A stretch of DNA of 64,000 bases from Thermoflexus hugenholtzii JAD2 (GTDB lineage Bacteria; Chloroflexota; Dehalococcoidia; UBA2979): the NCBI GenBank assembly GCA_945903275.1, contig CAMDNW010000009.1, positions 3,036 through 67,035 of the forward strand. The letters run 5' to 3'. The notes beneath the pieces were generated by a model. The model saw only the letters and a list, made by a program, of their open reading frames with translations. It was not told the origin of the DNA and made no database searches. Position 1 is the first letter of the stretch, and each line of letters starts with the position of its first letter. A program made the translations under genes and the position numbers. Positions 28,255 through 37,316 of the stretch are shown one piece after another.

Positions 28255-29139
28255 ATGACCCAACCCCCCCACGAGCCACCGGTCACATCGCCCGAACCGG
28301 ACGACGAGGTCGCCGCGCTCCTCGCCGAGGCGCGCGCGCGCGCGCGGGCTCTCATCGACGACTCGATCCTGCAGGCTGAGCAACTCCTACAGCGCCAGTC
28401 CAACGGCCAGATGCTCGAACGCATCCGCCGCTCCGTCACTGACCTGGTCGCCGATGTCCGCTCCGTCCATTCCCGCCTCGACGACATCGAGGCACTCCTC
28501 CGCCGCCCAGCCCCGGCCGCCTACACGGCAGCACCGGTCGCTGCCGCTGCGCCCACGCCCACGCCCACGCCCACGCCCACGCCCACGCCCACGATGCAAC
28601 CGCCCCAGTCAGCGATCCTGCCCACCGCCCCCACACCTCCCGTCCCTCCGGTGGTACCGACGCCGACCGGGCCCCCCACACCGGCCACTTCGCCGGTCGC
28701 GGCTGCGCCGGGCACCGAGCCAGTACCAATACCACCAGTACCCGAGACACCCATAGCAGCCGCACCGCCACAGCCTGCGCCCGTCGCGGCAGCACCGCCT
28801 CCACCTGCGGCACCGCCTGCCGCCGCTGCCGCCGCGAACGGCAGCGCTCCATCCGGCCCCGGCTTCGACCCTGAAGGCGGCTCAGTCGCCCTCCGCGTCG
28901 CACTCGTCGCCGACTTTCAGGGCTTGATGCGGCTTCAGGACGCCCTCGTCCGCATCAACGGCATCCGCGCGGCCGGCATCGAGGCCTACGCGCAGGGCGA
29001 GGCGCGTCTCCGCCTCCAACTCGCCGAACACATCGAGCCGGAAGCGGTCGCTGCCGCCCTCAGCAACCTACTCGGCCGTCCCACAAAAGTCGCTTCGGCA
29101 TCCATGTCTGAGCGTATTCTTCACCTGACACTCGATTGA
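28255..29139 (+). CDS. Proline/threonine-rich protein with an N-terminal coiled coil and a C-terminal ~90-aa globular domain, translationally coupled to the sensor kinase
   Basis: 294 aa with a long PT/PA-rich linker including (PT)7. The stop overlaps the kinase start (ATGA). The C-terminal domain (SVALRVALVADFQGLMRLQDALVRINGIRAAGIEAY...) is unassigned. Confidence 0.6.
   Translation: MTQPPHEPPVTSPEPDDEVAALLAEARARARALIDDSILQAEQLLQRQSNGQMLERIRRSVTDLVADVRSVHSRLDDIEALLRRPAPAAYTAAPVAAAAPTPTPTPTPTPTPTMQPPQSAILPTAPTPPVPPVVPTPTGPPTPATSPVAAAPGTEPVPIPPVPETPIAAAPPQPAPVAAAPPPPAAPPAAAAAANGSAPSGPGFDPEGGSVALRVALVADFQGLMRLQDALVRINGIRAAGIEAYAQGEARLRLQLAEHIEPEAVAAALSNLLGRPTKVASASMSERILHLTLD
28551..28592. repeat. 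(GCCCAC)7 hexanucleotide microsatellite encoding (PT)7
   Basis: Perfect tandem repeat inside CDS 28255..29139. Confidence 0.9.
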
Positions 29140-30722
29140 TCCGTCCCCTCCGTCGCTCCCACAGTGGAGGGCCTGCGGCAGCCGCACTGTCGGCACAAGG
29201 GGGACTCAATATCGAAACGGCGCTCCTCACTGTCCCCGCCCGACAGCGTCTGCGTCAGGTGCACCGGCGCGGCCTCCGGTTGCTCGCCGTCGCAGTGCTC
29301 GCCGTCGCCGCGCTGCTGGCCGCGCATCTCTTCGCCGCCGTCGCCTTCATCGAGGCCAATGTCGAAGGCTTCCGCTTCTGGCTCGCCGCCGCCGATGCCG
29401 CCCTCGCCGGCCTGCTCATCCTCACACTCGCCTGGCACCTCCACCGCCTCACGCGCGAGCGCCAGCGCCACGCCTTCGTCGAGATCCTCGTCGAGACGCT
29501 CTCCGTCCCCGCCAGCATAGAGGGGACCGCCGAGGCCACCCTCGAACTCGTCATCGGCGCGGGCCTCGCGCGCGGTGGCATCGTCGCCGCCGTCAGCGGT
29601 GATGACGAGGCTGCGACGCGCCTTGTCCCCCTCGCCGTCGCCGGTGCCCGCCGCGGCTGGGCCAGCGAGGCCGGCCTCTCCGACCGTCTCGCAAACGTGG
29701 TGAGCGTCGGGCGCGAGCACACCATCGACGACCCGTGGCTGCTCGGCATGGAACTCACCATCGGCCGCCGCCCGTGGGTCGCCCGAATCCCCATCCTGCG
29801 CGGCGATGAGCGCCTTGGCCAGCTGCTGCTCGCCAGCCGCCACCGTGGCTGGCTCGGCGACCGCGCCCTGCTGCACACCATGGGCGCCATTCTCGCCGCC
29901 GCCCTCGACCACGCCCGCCAGTACCAGGTCGCCTACGAGCGCTCCCGTGACCTCGAGGAGCAGAACGCCCGCCGCCGTGAGTTCCTGTACGCCATCGCCC
30001 ACGAACTGCGCGCACCGCTCACCTCCATCCAGGCCTTCGCCAAACTGCTCGGCACCGACCAGCAACTCATGAACGGCAACAAGGAACTCCTGCTCGGCTC
30101 ACTCGCCCGCGGCGTTGACCGCCTCGCCACCTTCGTCAACGACCTCCTCGCCCTCGGCCGCATCGAGGAAGCCGGCCTCCGTGTCGAGATGCAGACGTTC
30201 GATGTCGCCGAGGCGCTTCGCGACGCGGAGACCATCCTTCGCCCCGCCTTCATGGCCCGCGACCAGTCGCTCGTCCTCGATCTTCCCGATGCACCGCTCG
30301 AAGCCTTCGGCGACGGCCGCGCCCTCGAACAGATCGTGCTCAACCTGCTCTCCAACGCCAACCGCTTCAGCCCCACCAACGGCGCCATCGTCCTCCGCGC
30401 CCACGCCGTCGATGCGCGCATCCGCATCGAGGTGCAGGACTCCGGCCCCGGCATCGACCTGCTCGATCGCCAGCGCATCTTTGAGCCGTTCTACCGTGTC
30501 CACCGCAACGGCGCACCCGAGGTGCCCGGCTCCGGCCTCGGCCTCGCCGTCGCCCGCCGCCTCACCGATATGCAGGGCGGCCACCTCTGGGTGGAGGCTG
30601 TCCCCGGCGGCACCGGCTCCCGCTTCTGCGTCGAACTACGCCTCCCCGAGGCGCCCGCTCCAGGCGGCGCTCCAGCCGCTGAGGTTGATGATGCCAAGGA
30701 GCCCAGCGCGCCGGCTGGCTGA
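29136..30722 (+). CDS. Sensor histidine kinase with two TM segments, GAF, HisKA and HATPase_c domains
   Basis: H-box FLYAIAHELRAPLTSI, N box LLSNANRFSP, G boxes DSGPGID and GSGLGLAV. Confidence 0.85.
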   Translation: MIRPLRRSHSGGPAAAALSAQGGLNIETALLTVPARQRLRQVHRRGLRLLAVAVLAVAALLAAHLFAAVAFIEANVEGFRFWLAAADAALAGLLILTLAWHLHRLTRERQRHAFVEILVETLSVPASIEGTAEATLELVIGAGLARGGIVAAVSGDDEAATRLVPLAVAGARRGWASEAGLSDRLANVVSVGREHTIDDPWLLGMELTIGRRPWVARIPILRGDERLGQLLLASRHRGWLGDRALLHTMGAILAAALDHARQYQVAYERSRDLEEQNARRREFLYAIAHELRAPLTSIQAFAKLLGTDQQLMNGNKELLLGSLARGVDRLATFVNDLLALGRIEEAGLRVEMQTFDVAEALRDAETILRPAFMARDQSLVLDLPDAPLEAFGDGRALEQIVLNLLSNANRFSPTNGAIVLRAHAVDARIRIEVQDSGPGIDLLDRQRIFEPFYRVHRNGAPEVPGSGLGLAVARRLTDMQGGHLWVEAVPGGTGSRFCVELRLPEAPAPGGAPAAEVDDAKEPSAPAG

Positions 30723-30739
30723 CGGCGCGCCGCAGCGCC

Positions 30740-31918
30740 GTGCATATCACGCACCTCTCACTCGCCGGCGCGCGCTCGTTCCGCCGTCTGGAACTCCCGC
30801 TGACACCAGGGTTGCACGTCGTCACCGGCCAGAATGGCAGCGGCAAGTCCAACCTGCTGGAAGGCATCGCCCTCCTCGCCACCACGCGCAGCCTCCGCAT
30901 TGCCAACGACCTCGAGCTGATCGCATGGGACGCCCTCCGCGACGACCCGCTCCCCGCTGCCCGCTACGCCGCCCGCGTCCACACCGCAGTCGACGACAAC
31001 ATCACCATCGAGGTCATCGTGAGCGCCCGCCCCGCCACCCCTGGCATCGAGGCCAACGCCGCCTCTCGCCGCTTCCGCGTAAACGGCGTCGCCCGCCGCG
31101 CCTCCGATCTCATCGGCCGCCTGCGTGTCGTGCTGTTCAGCGCCGACGATCTCGGCATCATCGACGGCGCCCCTACCGCCCGCCGCCGCTACCTCGATAT
31201 CACCCTCTCCCAACTTGACCCCGCATACGTCCGCGCCCTCCAGCGCTACCAGCGCGTCCTCCAGCAGCGCAACAGCCTGCTCCGCCGCCTGCAAGAACGC
31301 CGAGGCCAACCAGGCGAACTCGATTTCTGGGACGAGGAACTCGCGCAGACCGGCGCGATGCTCATCACCAGCCGTGCGCACGCGATCGCCACACTCAACA
31401 CTGACGCCGCCCAGCGCTACGCCGCGCTTTCCACCGGCAGCGCCCCGCTCGAGGTCTGCTACCGCCCCGCACTCCCCCCTCCGCTCATCGAAACAGTCGC
31501 TTCCTCCACCACCAGCCTCGCCCCGAAACTGCTCGAAGCCCTAGTGGTTGGCCGCACCCGCGACATCCAGGCCGGCACCACCCGCATCGGCCCGCATCGC
31601 GACGACGTCGCCTTTCTCATCGGCGGTCACCCCGCTGGCTCCACTGCCTCCCGAGGCGAACTGCGCGGCATCGCCCTCGCCCTCCGCCTCGCCGAGGTCG
31701 CCTTCTCCACCGCCCGCACCGGCGACCCGCCCGTCCTCCTCCTCGACGACGTGCTCTCTGAACTCGACGCCGGCCGCCGTGCCCGCGTCCTCGCCGCCGC
31801 CTTCGAGGTCGATCAGGTCATCATCACCTCGCCCGACCCAGACCGCCCTGCCCCCGCCGAACTCTCCGCCGCCAGCCGCTACCGCATCGACGCCGGCGTA
31901 CTGGAACCAATCGGCTAA
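30740..31918 (+). CDS. recF: DNA replication and repair protein RecF
   Basis: MHITHLSLAGARSFRRLELPLTPGLHVVTGQNGSGKSNLLEGI (Walker A), ...GDPPVLLLDDVLSELD (Walker B). Confidence 0.85.
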   Translation: MHITHLSLAGARSFRRLELPLTPGLHVVTGQNGSGKSNLLEGIALLATTRSLRIANDLELIAWDALRDDPLPAARYAARVHTAVDDNITIEVIVSARPATPGIEANAASRRFRVNGVARRASDLIGRLRVVLFSADDLGIIDGAPTARRRYLDITLSQLDPAYVRALQRYQRVLQQRNSLLRRLQERRGQPGELDFWDEELAQTGAMLITSRAHAIATLNTDAAQRYAALSTGSAPLEVCYRPALPPPLIETVASSTTSLAPKLLEALVVGRTRDIQAGTTRIGPHRDDVAFLIGGHPAGSTASRGELRGIALALRLAEVAFSTARTGDPPVLLLDDVLSELDAGRRARVLAAAFEVDQVIITSPDPDRPAPAELSAASRYRIDAGVLEPIG

Positions 31919-31952
31919 CCCCGCGAGAACAGCACGTTCGGCTGCGGCGCAA

Positions 31953-32869
31953 TCAGAGCCGTGAGCGCCCCCGGCTCCACCCACATCGAGACTCGTGTGG
32001 TGCCGATATATTCGCCGTCCGTCTGCACAGGCAGCGGCCACTCCGTCGCGATCTCGATCCGCGCCCCTCTCCCTGTCGGTAGTCGATCCCATCCCCCGCG
32101 AACGTACACAGGTCGAGCACGCCGTCGTCCGCCCGCGCTGCCGCCGTGAGCCGCGTCATCCCGCCGTACAAACGCGTGTTCCCCGTCACCGCCATCAGCA
32201 GCGGCCCGTCTAGCACCGTCCCATCGACGCTTACCGTCGCGCCCGCTGGCTCGGACCGACCGAACACATACGCCCCGATCCCCGCATACCACCCGCGCCC
32301 AAACGACCGCTTTCCCACCGCGGGAATCTGCTCCACCCGCCGCACTATCTCGGCGTCCATCCCCACGTTGCACATCAACAGGAATCGCCGCTCCGCGCCC
32401 GAAGCCACCCGTACCCGCCCCACATCCACCCGCACCCGCCGCGGTGTCGTCAGCGCGCGCACCGCGTCGCTTAGGTCGCGCGGGATCAGCACCTCGCGCG
32501 CCCACACATCCGCCGTCCCCGCTGGCAACACCCCGAGCGCCGTCCGCGTCCCCGTCAGCCCTTCGACAACTCCGAGACCGTGCCGTCATGGCCACACGCC
32601 GCCACCACATCCACGCCAGCCGCTGCGGCGCGTCGCGCGATCTCCGTCGCGTGTCCCGGCGCGCGCGTCTTCTGAATATCGACGCTCCACCACGTCGTCA
32701 CCAATGTGTCCACTGTCTCGCGCAGCAGCACGTCTTCCGGGGGCGCACGCCGCTTATACGGATTCCGCACCACCATCGTGCGCGGCGCAATGTTCATCCA
32801 TGTGTCAGCAATCAGTGCGCCGCTGTACCGCGCCTCAGCCCCATGCGCGATCGGCCATCCGCAAGTCAC
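31953..32869 (-). pseudogene. Diacylglycerol/lipid kinase (YegS/DagK family), frameshifted
   Basis: The N-terminal part ...VDVVAACGHDGTVSE (the GGDGT motif) ends at 32555. The C-terminal part VVEGLTGTRTALGVLPAGTADVW...FLLMCNVGMDAEIV is in a different frame. A single-nucleotide deletion lies near 32545. Confidence 0.6.
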
Positions 32870-32902
32870 AGGCCCGCGTCAGCGTCGCCTCAGCCCGTCC
32901 CG

Positions 32903-35092
32903 CTATCGCGCGTTGATCGATTTCCGCCGGTTCTGCACGTAGTCCACCAAGATGTACTCGCCTAACTTATCCGGCGTCGTGTAGAACACCCGCCCGCCGT
33001 TGATCTTCGCCAACTGGTTCACAAACTCTTTCAGGTAGTAGTTCCGGTCGAGCATGAAGGTATTGATGGTGATGCCCTCCTGGGTGCACCGTTTCACTTC
33101 CTTCAGCGTCTCCCGGATCGTCACCGGGCTTGGCGGGTACGAGAACTGGGACTTCCCGCGCTCCAGGTGCGCCGTTGGCTCGCCGTCCGAGATCATGATG
33201 ATCTGCCGCGTCGCCCCGCGATGCTTCGCCAGCAGCCGCCGCGCCAGCATCAGCGCATGATGCATGTTCGTGCCCAGCACGGACTCGTCCCACCGCACGT
33301 ACGGCAGATCCTGCACCTTCAACTCGCGTGCGTACGCTGAGAACCCGATCACGTACAGCGTGTCGCGCGCGTACTGCGCGCTGATCAGGTTGTGCAGCGC
33401 CAGCGCCACCTTCTTCGCCGCCTGGAACGACCCTCGCAGCGCCATCGACCACGACAGGTCGACCATCACCACCGTCGCCGTCCGCGTCATCTGCTCCGAA
33501 CGGTAGATCTCGAAGTCCTCGGGGAGCAGCCGCACCGGCGCCTGCGGCCCGTCGCGCTCCACCGCGTTCATGATCGTCCGTCCCATGTGCAGGTGGAACG
33601 GATCGCCGAACTCATACGTCTTCGTATCGCCCTGCCGCTCGCCGTGCCGACCGGACTCCGGAATCGGGTGATTGCCGATCCCCTGCTTCTTCAACTGCTG
33701 GTAAATCTCGCCGAGTGCCCGCTGCCCGATCTTCTTCATCCCCTGCGGCGTCAGCTCCCAGCCCTCGCCCTTGCGCCGGATGTATCCCGCGTCCTCCAGT
33801 GTCTTCAGCAACTGCTGCAATTGATCCAGCGCTTCCGCCGACTCGTCCCCCAGCAGATCCCGCAACTTGTCGATGTCGATGTTCGACAGGTCGCCGTCGT
33901 ACTGCGCCCGCTCCAGGGCGCGCTCTATCTCATCGATCTCCTGCATCTCGCCCATCAGGTCGAGCGCCTGACCGAGGCCGATCTCCTCGTCCCCACGGAA
34001 CGGGTACGACGGCGACCGCTCCCGTCCCGGGTTGAGGTAGTCGAGGTTGAGCGCCAGTTGCGACAGTTCTCCCTCCAGCTCCGGGTCGCCCAGCTTATCC
34101 GCGAGCAACGACTGCAACTGCGACCGCTGGTCGGACGGCATCGACTCCATCAGCGACTGCATCGCCTGCATCTGTGCCTGCATCTGCGCGACCAACTCAT
34201 CCAGTGACTGTGGCGGGTTGTCGCCGAACATGTCGCCGAACTGATCCATGAACTGCTGGAAGTCCGGCTCCTGCCCGCGCATCTTCTGCACCAGCATGTC
34301 GTTCAGCGCCTGCACCATGTCCTTCATGCGCTGCATGTCGCCGTCGGACATCTCCTGCACCATCTTCGAGACGTCCTTGAAGAAGTGCTCGGTCATCGCC
34401 TGGCGCAACTGCGCCATCAACTGCTGGTACTGCTCCTGCGCCTCGGGATTCAGGAACTCGTAGTTTTGCAGTTCCTTCATCTGCCCCGCGGCGTCTTCCG
34501 GCAGCCGTTCGAGGAAGTCGCGCTTCCGCTTCGCGATCCGCCGCAGCATCTCCTCGAACTGATCCTGCTCGCTTTCGCCGCCTTGCTCCCCCTGCGCGTC
34601 GCCCTGCTCTCCAGCCTCATCCGAGGCCTGCCCGGCCTGCCCCTGCTGACCCGCCTGACCGAGCTGGCCTTGCTGCCCGTTCTGCCTCTCGCGGGCTTCA
34701 CCCTGCTCGCCCTCGCCGCCATCCATGTCCGAGGTGTCGGTGCCGTCAGCCTGCTGTCCTTGCGGCTCGCCGGTGCGCTCGTCGAGCGTGTTCCGCTCTA
34801 GGTTCAGGATCTCCTCGAGCTGCTTGCGGATATCCTCCATCACGCCGCCCAAGTCAAACTGATCCAGCCGCTCACGGCGCTGCTGCCGCAACTGGTGCAG
34901 CAGGTCGCGCAGTCCCTGCATCTTGCCGCCCTGCTGCCCGCGCATCCCGCGCTGCATCAGGTTCCGCAGCGCGTGCTGCAGATCGCCAAAGTTCATCAGG
35001 TCATCGGAGAGCGCGTCCAGAACATCATTCGCGTCCAGCGCGGGGATGTCCTGCGTGCCGTCCCATTCGCTATAGCGGTGGATGGCGACCAT
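32903..35092 (-). CDS. von Willebrand factor A (vWA) domain protein with a long acidic/Gln-rich low-complexity region
   Basis: The C-terminal vWA domain has the MIDAS motif VVMVDLSWSM...ISDGEPT. The middle ~400 aa are Q/E/D/M-rich coiled-coil or low-complexity sequence. Confidence 0.8.
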   Translation of the reverse strand: MVAIHRYSEWDGTQDIPALDANDVLDALSDDLMNFGDLQHALRNLMQRGMRGQQGGKMQGLRDLLHQLRQQRRERLDQFDLGGVMEDIRKQLEEILNLERNTLDERTGEPQGQQADGTDTSDMDGGEGEQGEARERQNGQQGQLGQAGQQGQAGQASDEAGEQGDAQGEQGGESEQDQFEEMLRRIAKRKRDFLERLPEDAAGQMKELQNYEFLNPEAQEQYQQLMAQLRQAMTEHFFKDVSKMVQEMSDGDMQRMKDMVQALNDMLVQKMRGQEPDFQQFMDQFGDMFGDNPPQSLDELVAQMQAQMQAMQSLMESMPSDQRSQLQSLLADKLGDPELEGELSQLALNLDYLNPGRERSPSYPFRGDEEIGLGQALDLMGEMQEIDEIERALERAQYDGDLSNIDIDKLRDLLGDESAEALDQLQQLLKTLEDAGYIRRKGEGWELTPQGMKKIGQRALGEIYQQLKKQGIGNHPIPESGRHGERQGDTKTYEFGDPFHLHMGRTIMNAVERDGPQAPVRLLPEDFEIYRSEQMTRTATVVMVDLSWSMALRGSFQAAKKVALALHNLISAQYARDTLYVIGFSAYARELKVQDLPYVRWDESVLGTNMHHALMLARRLLAKHRGATRQIIMISDGEPTAHLERGKSQFSYPPSPVTIRETLKEVKRCTQEGITINTFMLDRNYYLKEFVNQLAKINGGRVFYTTPDKLGEYILVDYVQNRRKSINAR

Positions 35093-35149
35093 GATTGCCT
35101 CCCGCGCCCGTCGTCGTACCGGCGGGCGTCCGCGTGTGCGCGACCCGGG

Positions 35150-36580
35150 CTAGCCTCGGTAGCGAGTCTGCCCCATCACCGAGTCCTTGTTCAGCCGCTT
35201 GTTCAGGTGCAGCCCTTCGAGCACGAATTCGACCGCCGAGGCCAGCACCGCCGGGTTCTTGTCCTCCGTCAGCTGCGCGACGGCGTCCGCCAGTCCCTCA
35301 ACCTGCTGCAGCAGGTCGGTGTAATGCCCCGCCGCCATCGCCTCGCCGGTGTCCGCCGAGATACCCGACTTGAACACATTGGTCAGCGCCTCAAGGTCAG
35401 AGATCGAGAAGCGCCGGTTGAACACCGCCACTACCGCACCATGCACCAGCCGGTCGATGATCTGGTCTTCGCGCCCGTCCTCGACGGTCTCGAACTCCAT
35501 CTTGCCTTCGAGCGCGGCGCGGATGAACCAGAGGTCTGACACCCGCGGCGCGACATCCTTCTCGCCGAGCCGGATCGCCCGCCGCAGCGCGTTCGCGAGC
35601 ATCGTCTCGTAGTCCGCTACCGAAGCGCGCACCGACACGCCCGACCGCTGGTTCACGTCCGGCGACCGTCGCGCCAGCCGAGTGATCTCCGCCACGATCT
35701 CCTGCATGTACTCTGGCACCATCACGTTGTAACCGGGCGCGTCGAGGCGCGACGACTCTTGCAGAATGATCTGCACTTCTTCCTCGACTGACCGTGGGTA
35801 GTGCGTACGGATCTGTGAGCCGTAGCGGTCTTTCAACGGCGTAATGATCCGTCCGCGGTTGGTGTAGTCCTCGGGGTTCGCCGTCGCCACAATGAACACG
35901 TCCAGCGGCAACCGCACTTTGTGACCGCGAATCTGGATGTCCCGCTCTTCCATCACGTTCAGCAGACCCACCTGGATCCGCTCTGCAAGGTCGGGTAACT
36001 CGTTGATCGCGAAGATGCCCCGGTTCGTGCGCGGGATCAGCCCGAAGTGGATCGTCAGTTGGTCGGACAGGTAGCGCCCTTCCGCCACCTTGATCGGGTC
36101 AACCTCGCCGATCAGGTCGGCGATCGTGATGTCCGGCGTCGCCAGCTTCTCGCCGTACCGCTCGTCGCGATGCATCCACTGGATCGGCGCGTCGGCACCC
36201 ATCGCCTCGACGAGGTTGCGGCCCTGCTCGCTGATCGGCTGGAACGGGTTCTCGGGAATCTCGACGCCCTCCAGCACCGGCGTCCACTCGTCCAGCAAAC
36301 CCACCAGGCTGCGAATGATCCGCGACTTCGCCTGACCGCGTTCGCCGAGCAGAATGATGTCGTGCCCGGAGAGGATCGCGTTCTGCAACTGCGGCAACAC
36401 CGTGTCCTCGTAGCCGTGGATCGCCGGAAACAGCGGCTCGTTCTTCGCGAGTTTCTCGATCAGGTTCTTGCGAATCTCTTCCCGCACCGGAAGCACCTGG
36501 AACCCAGATTGGCGCAACGCGCCGAGTGTCGTCGGTTGGTTCGTAGGCAAGGGACTCTCCCCCTTCGTGGCCGCGCACAA
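35150..36580 (-). CDS. ChlI/MoxR-like AAA+ ATPase (Mg-chelatase subunit I-like), partner of the vWA protein
   Basis: Walker A variant LLGERGQAKSR, Walker B DVFIVATANPED-like region, arginine finger. The architecture matches BchI/ChlI-type ATPases that pair with vWA (ChlD-like) proteins. Confidence 0.8.
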   Translation of the reverse strand: MCAATKGESPLPTNQPTTLGALRQSGFQVLPVREEIRKNLIEKLAKNEPLFPAIHGYEDTVLPQLQNAILSGHDIILLGERGQAKSRIIRSLVGLLDEWTPVLEGVEIPENPFQPISEQGRNLVEAMGADAPIQWMHRDERYGEKLATPDITIADLIGEVDPIKVAEGRYLSDQLTIHFGLIPRTNRGIFAINELPDLAERIQVGLLNVMEERDIQIRGHKVRLPLDVFIVATANPEDYTNRGRIITPLKDRYGSQIRTHYPRSVEEEVQIILQESSRLDAPGYNVMVPEYMQEIVAEITRLARRSPDVNQRSGVSVRASVADYETMLANALRRAIRLGEKDVAPRVSDLWFIRAALEGKMEFETVEDGREDQIIDRLVHGAVVAVFNRRFSISDLEALTNVFKSGISADTGEAMAAGHYTDLLQQVEGLADAVAQLTEDKNPAVLASAVEFVLEGLHLNKRLNKDSVMGQTRYRG

Positions 36581-36713
36581 CGCGCGTCGGAATCGCGAGT
36601 CACTCGCGCCGGGAGCAAGTGCTGCACCGCAACAGGCCAGAGCCTGTCGACCGATACGCCCTCAGTATACGTACCAGCCATCCCCGCCACACGGAAAGCA
36701 GTCACCCGCACAG

Positions 36714-36752
36714 ATATGCAACAGGCCCCGCAATGCGGGGCCTGTTGCATAT
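36714..36752. terminator. Perfect 18-bp-stem hairpin (ATATGCAACAGGCCCCGC-aat-GCGGGGCCTGTTGCATAT) between the XRE regulator and the AAA ATPase gene
   Basis: Exact inverted repeat seen in the sequence, sitting just after the XRE gene on the minus strand. It could act as a terminator or attenuator for the downstream AAA+vWA genes. Confidence 0.55.
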
Positions 36753-36772
36753 CAACATTCGTTTGAGACGAG

Positions 36773-37120
36773 TTACGAAGCCGCCTCCGCATCAACCCGC
36801 CGAGGCGAGATCGAGTCCAGCAGTTCGGGCCGATCCATCAGTATCCGCACCACGCGGCCCAGCCGAGAGTCGCGCAGGACGATCACGTCCCCCGTTTCCA
36901 TCACATCGCCGAGCGTGATATCGAGTGCGCTCACAATCGCCAGCGCCGTCGACATTGGCAACTCGCGCTTGCCCGTCTCGTAGTTCGACAGCGAGGCCTG
37001 CGTGATCCCGGCTACCCCGGCCACTTCCGCCTGTGAACACTGTCGCCGCATCCGCCAGTAACGCAGCCGCTCGCCCGTGACGCGTCGCCGATCGGTTTCC
37101 ACTTGTGCCTGCTTCGCCAT
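36773..37120 (-). CDS. XRE-family helix-turn-helix transcriptional regulator
   Basis: MAKQAQVETDRRRVTGERLRYWRMRRQCSQAEVAGVAGITQASLSNYETGKRELPMSTALAIVSAL (Cro/C1-type HTH). Confidence 0.7.
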   Translation of the reverse strand: MAKQAQVETDRRRVTGERLRYWRMRRQCSQAEVAGVAGITQASLSNYETGKRELPMSTALAIVSALDITLGDVMETGDVIVLRDSRLGRVVRILMDRPELLDSISPRRVDAEAAS

Positions 37121-37316
37121 GAAGACTCCCCATCTCCCGGTCGTTCGCGCCCGCGATGACCGTCCCGCCGCGTCAGGGAATCTCCCCTTCACGCTCAATC
37201 ATTATTTTCCTATATAGCGCTTGTGAGCACAAGCACAAGTGTTAAAGGGGTGTGAAACCTTCACAACAGGTCGCACGTACAAGCCGTAATCTGCAGCGGA
37301 CGTAACCGATACTGCC

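Noticed and set aside
28436-28903. Possible CRISPR-like or other tandem array in the 28.5-28.9 kb region
   Set aside because: The periodicity is the (GCCCAC)7 microsatellite and proline-codon bias inside a Pro-rich CDS. There are no repeat-spacer units.
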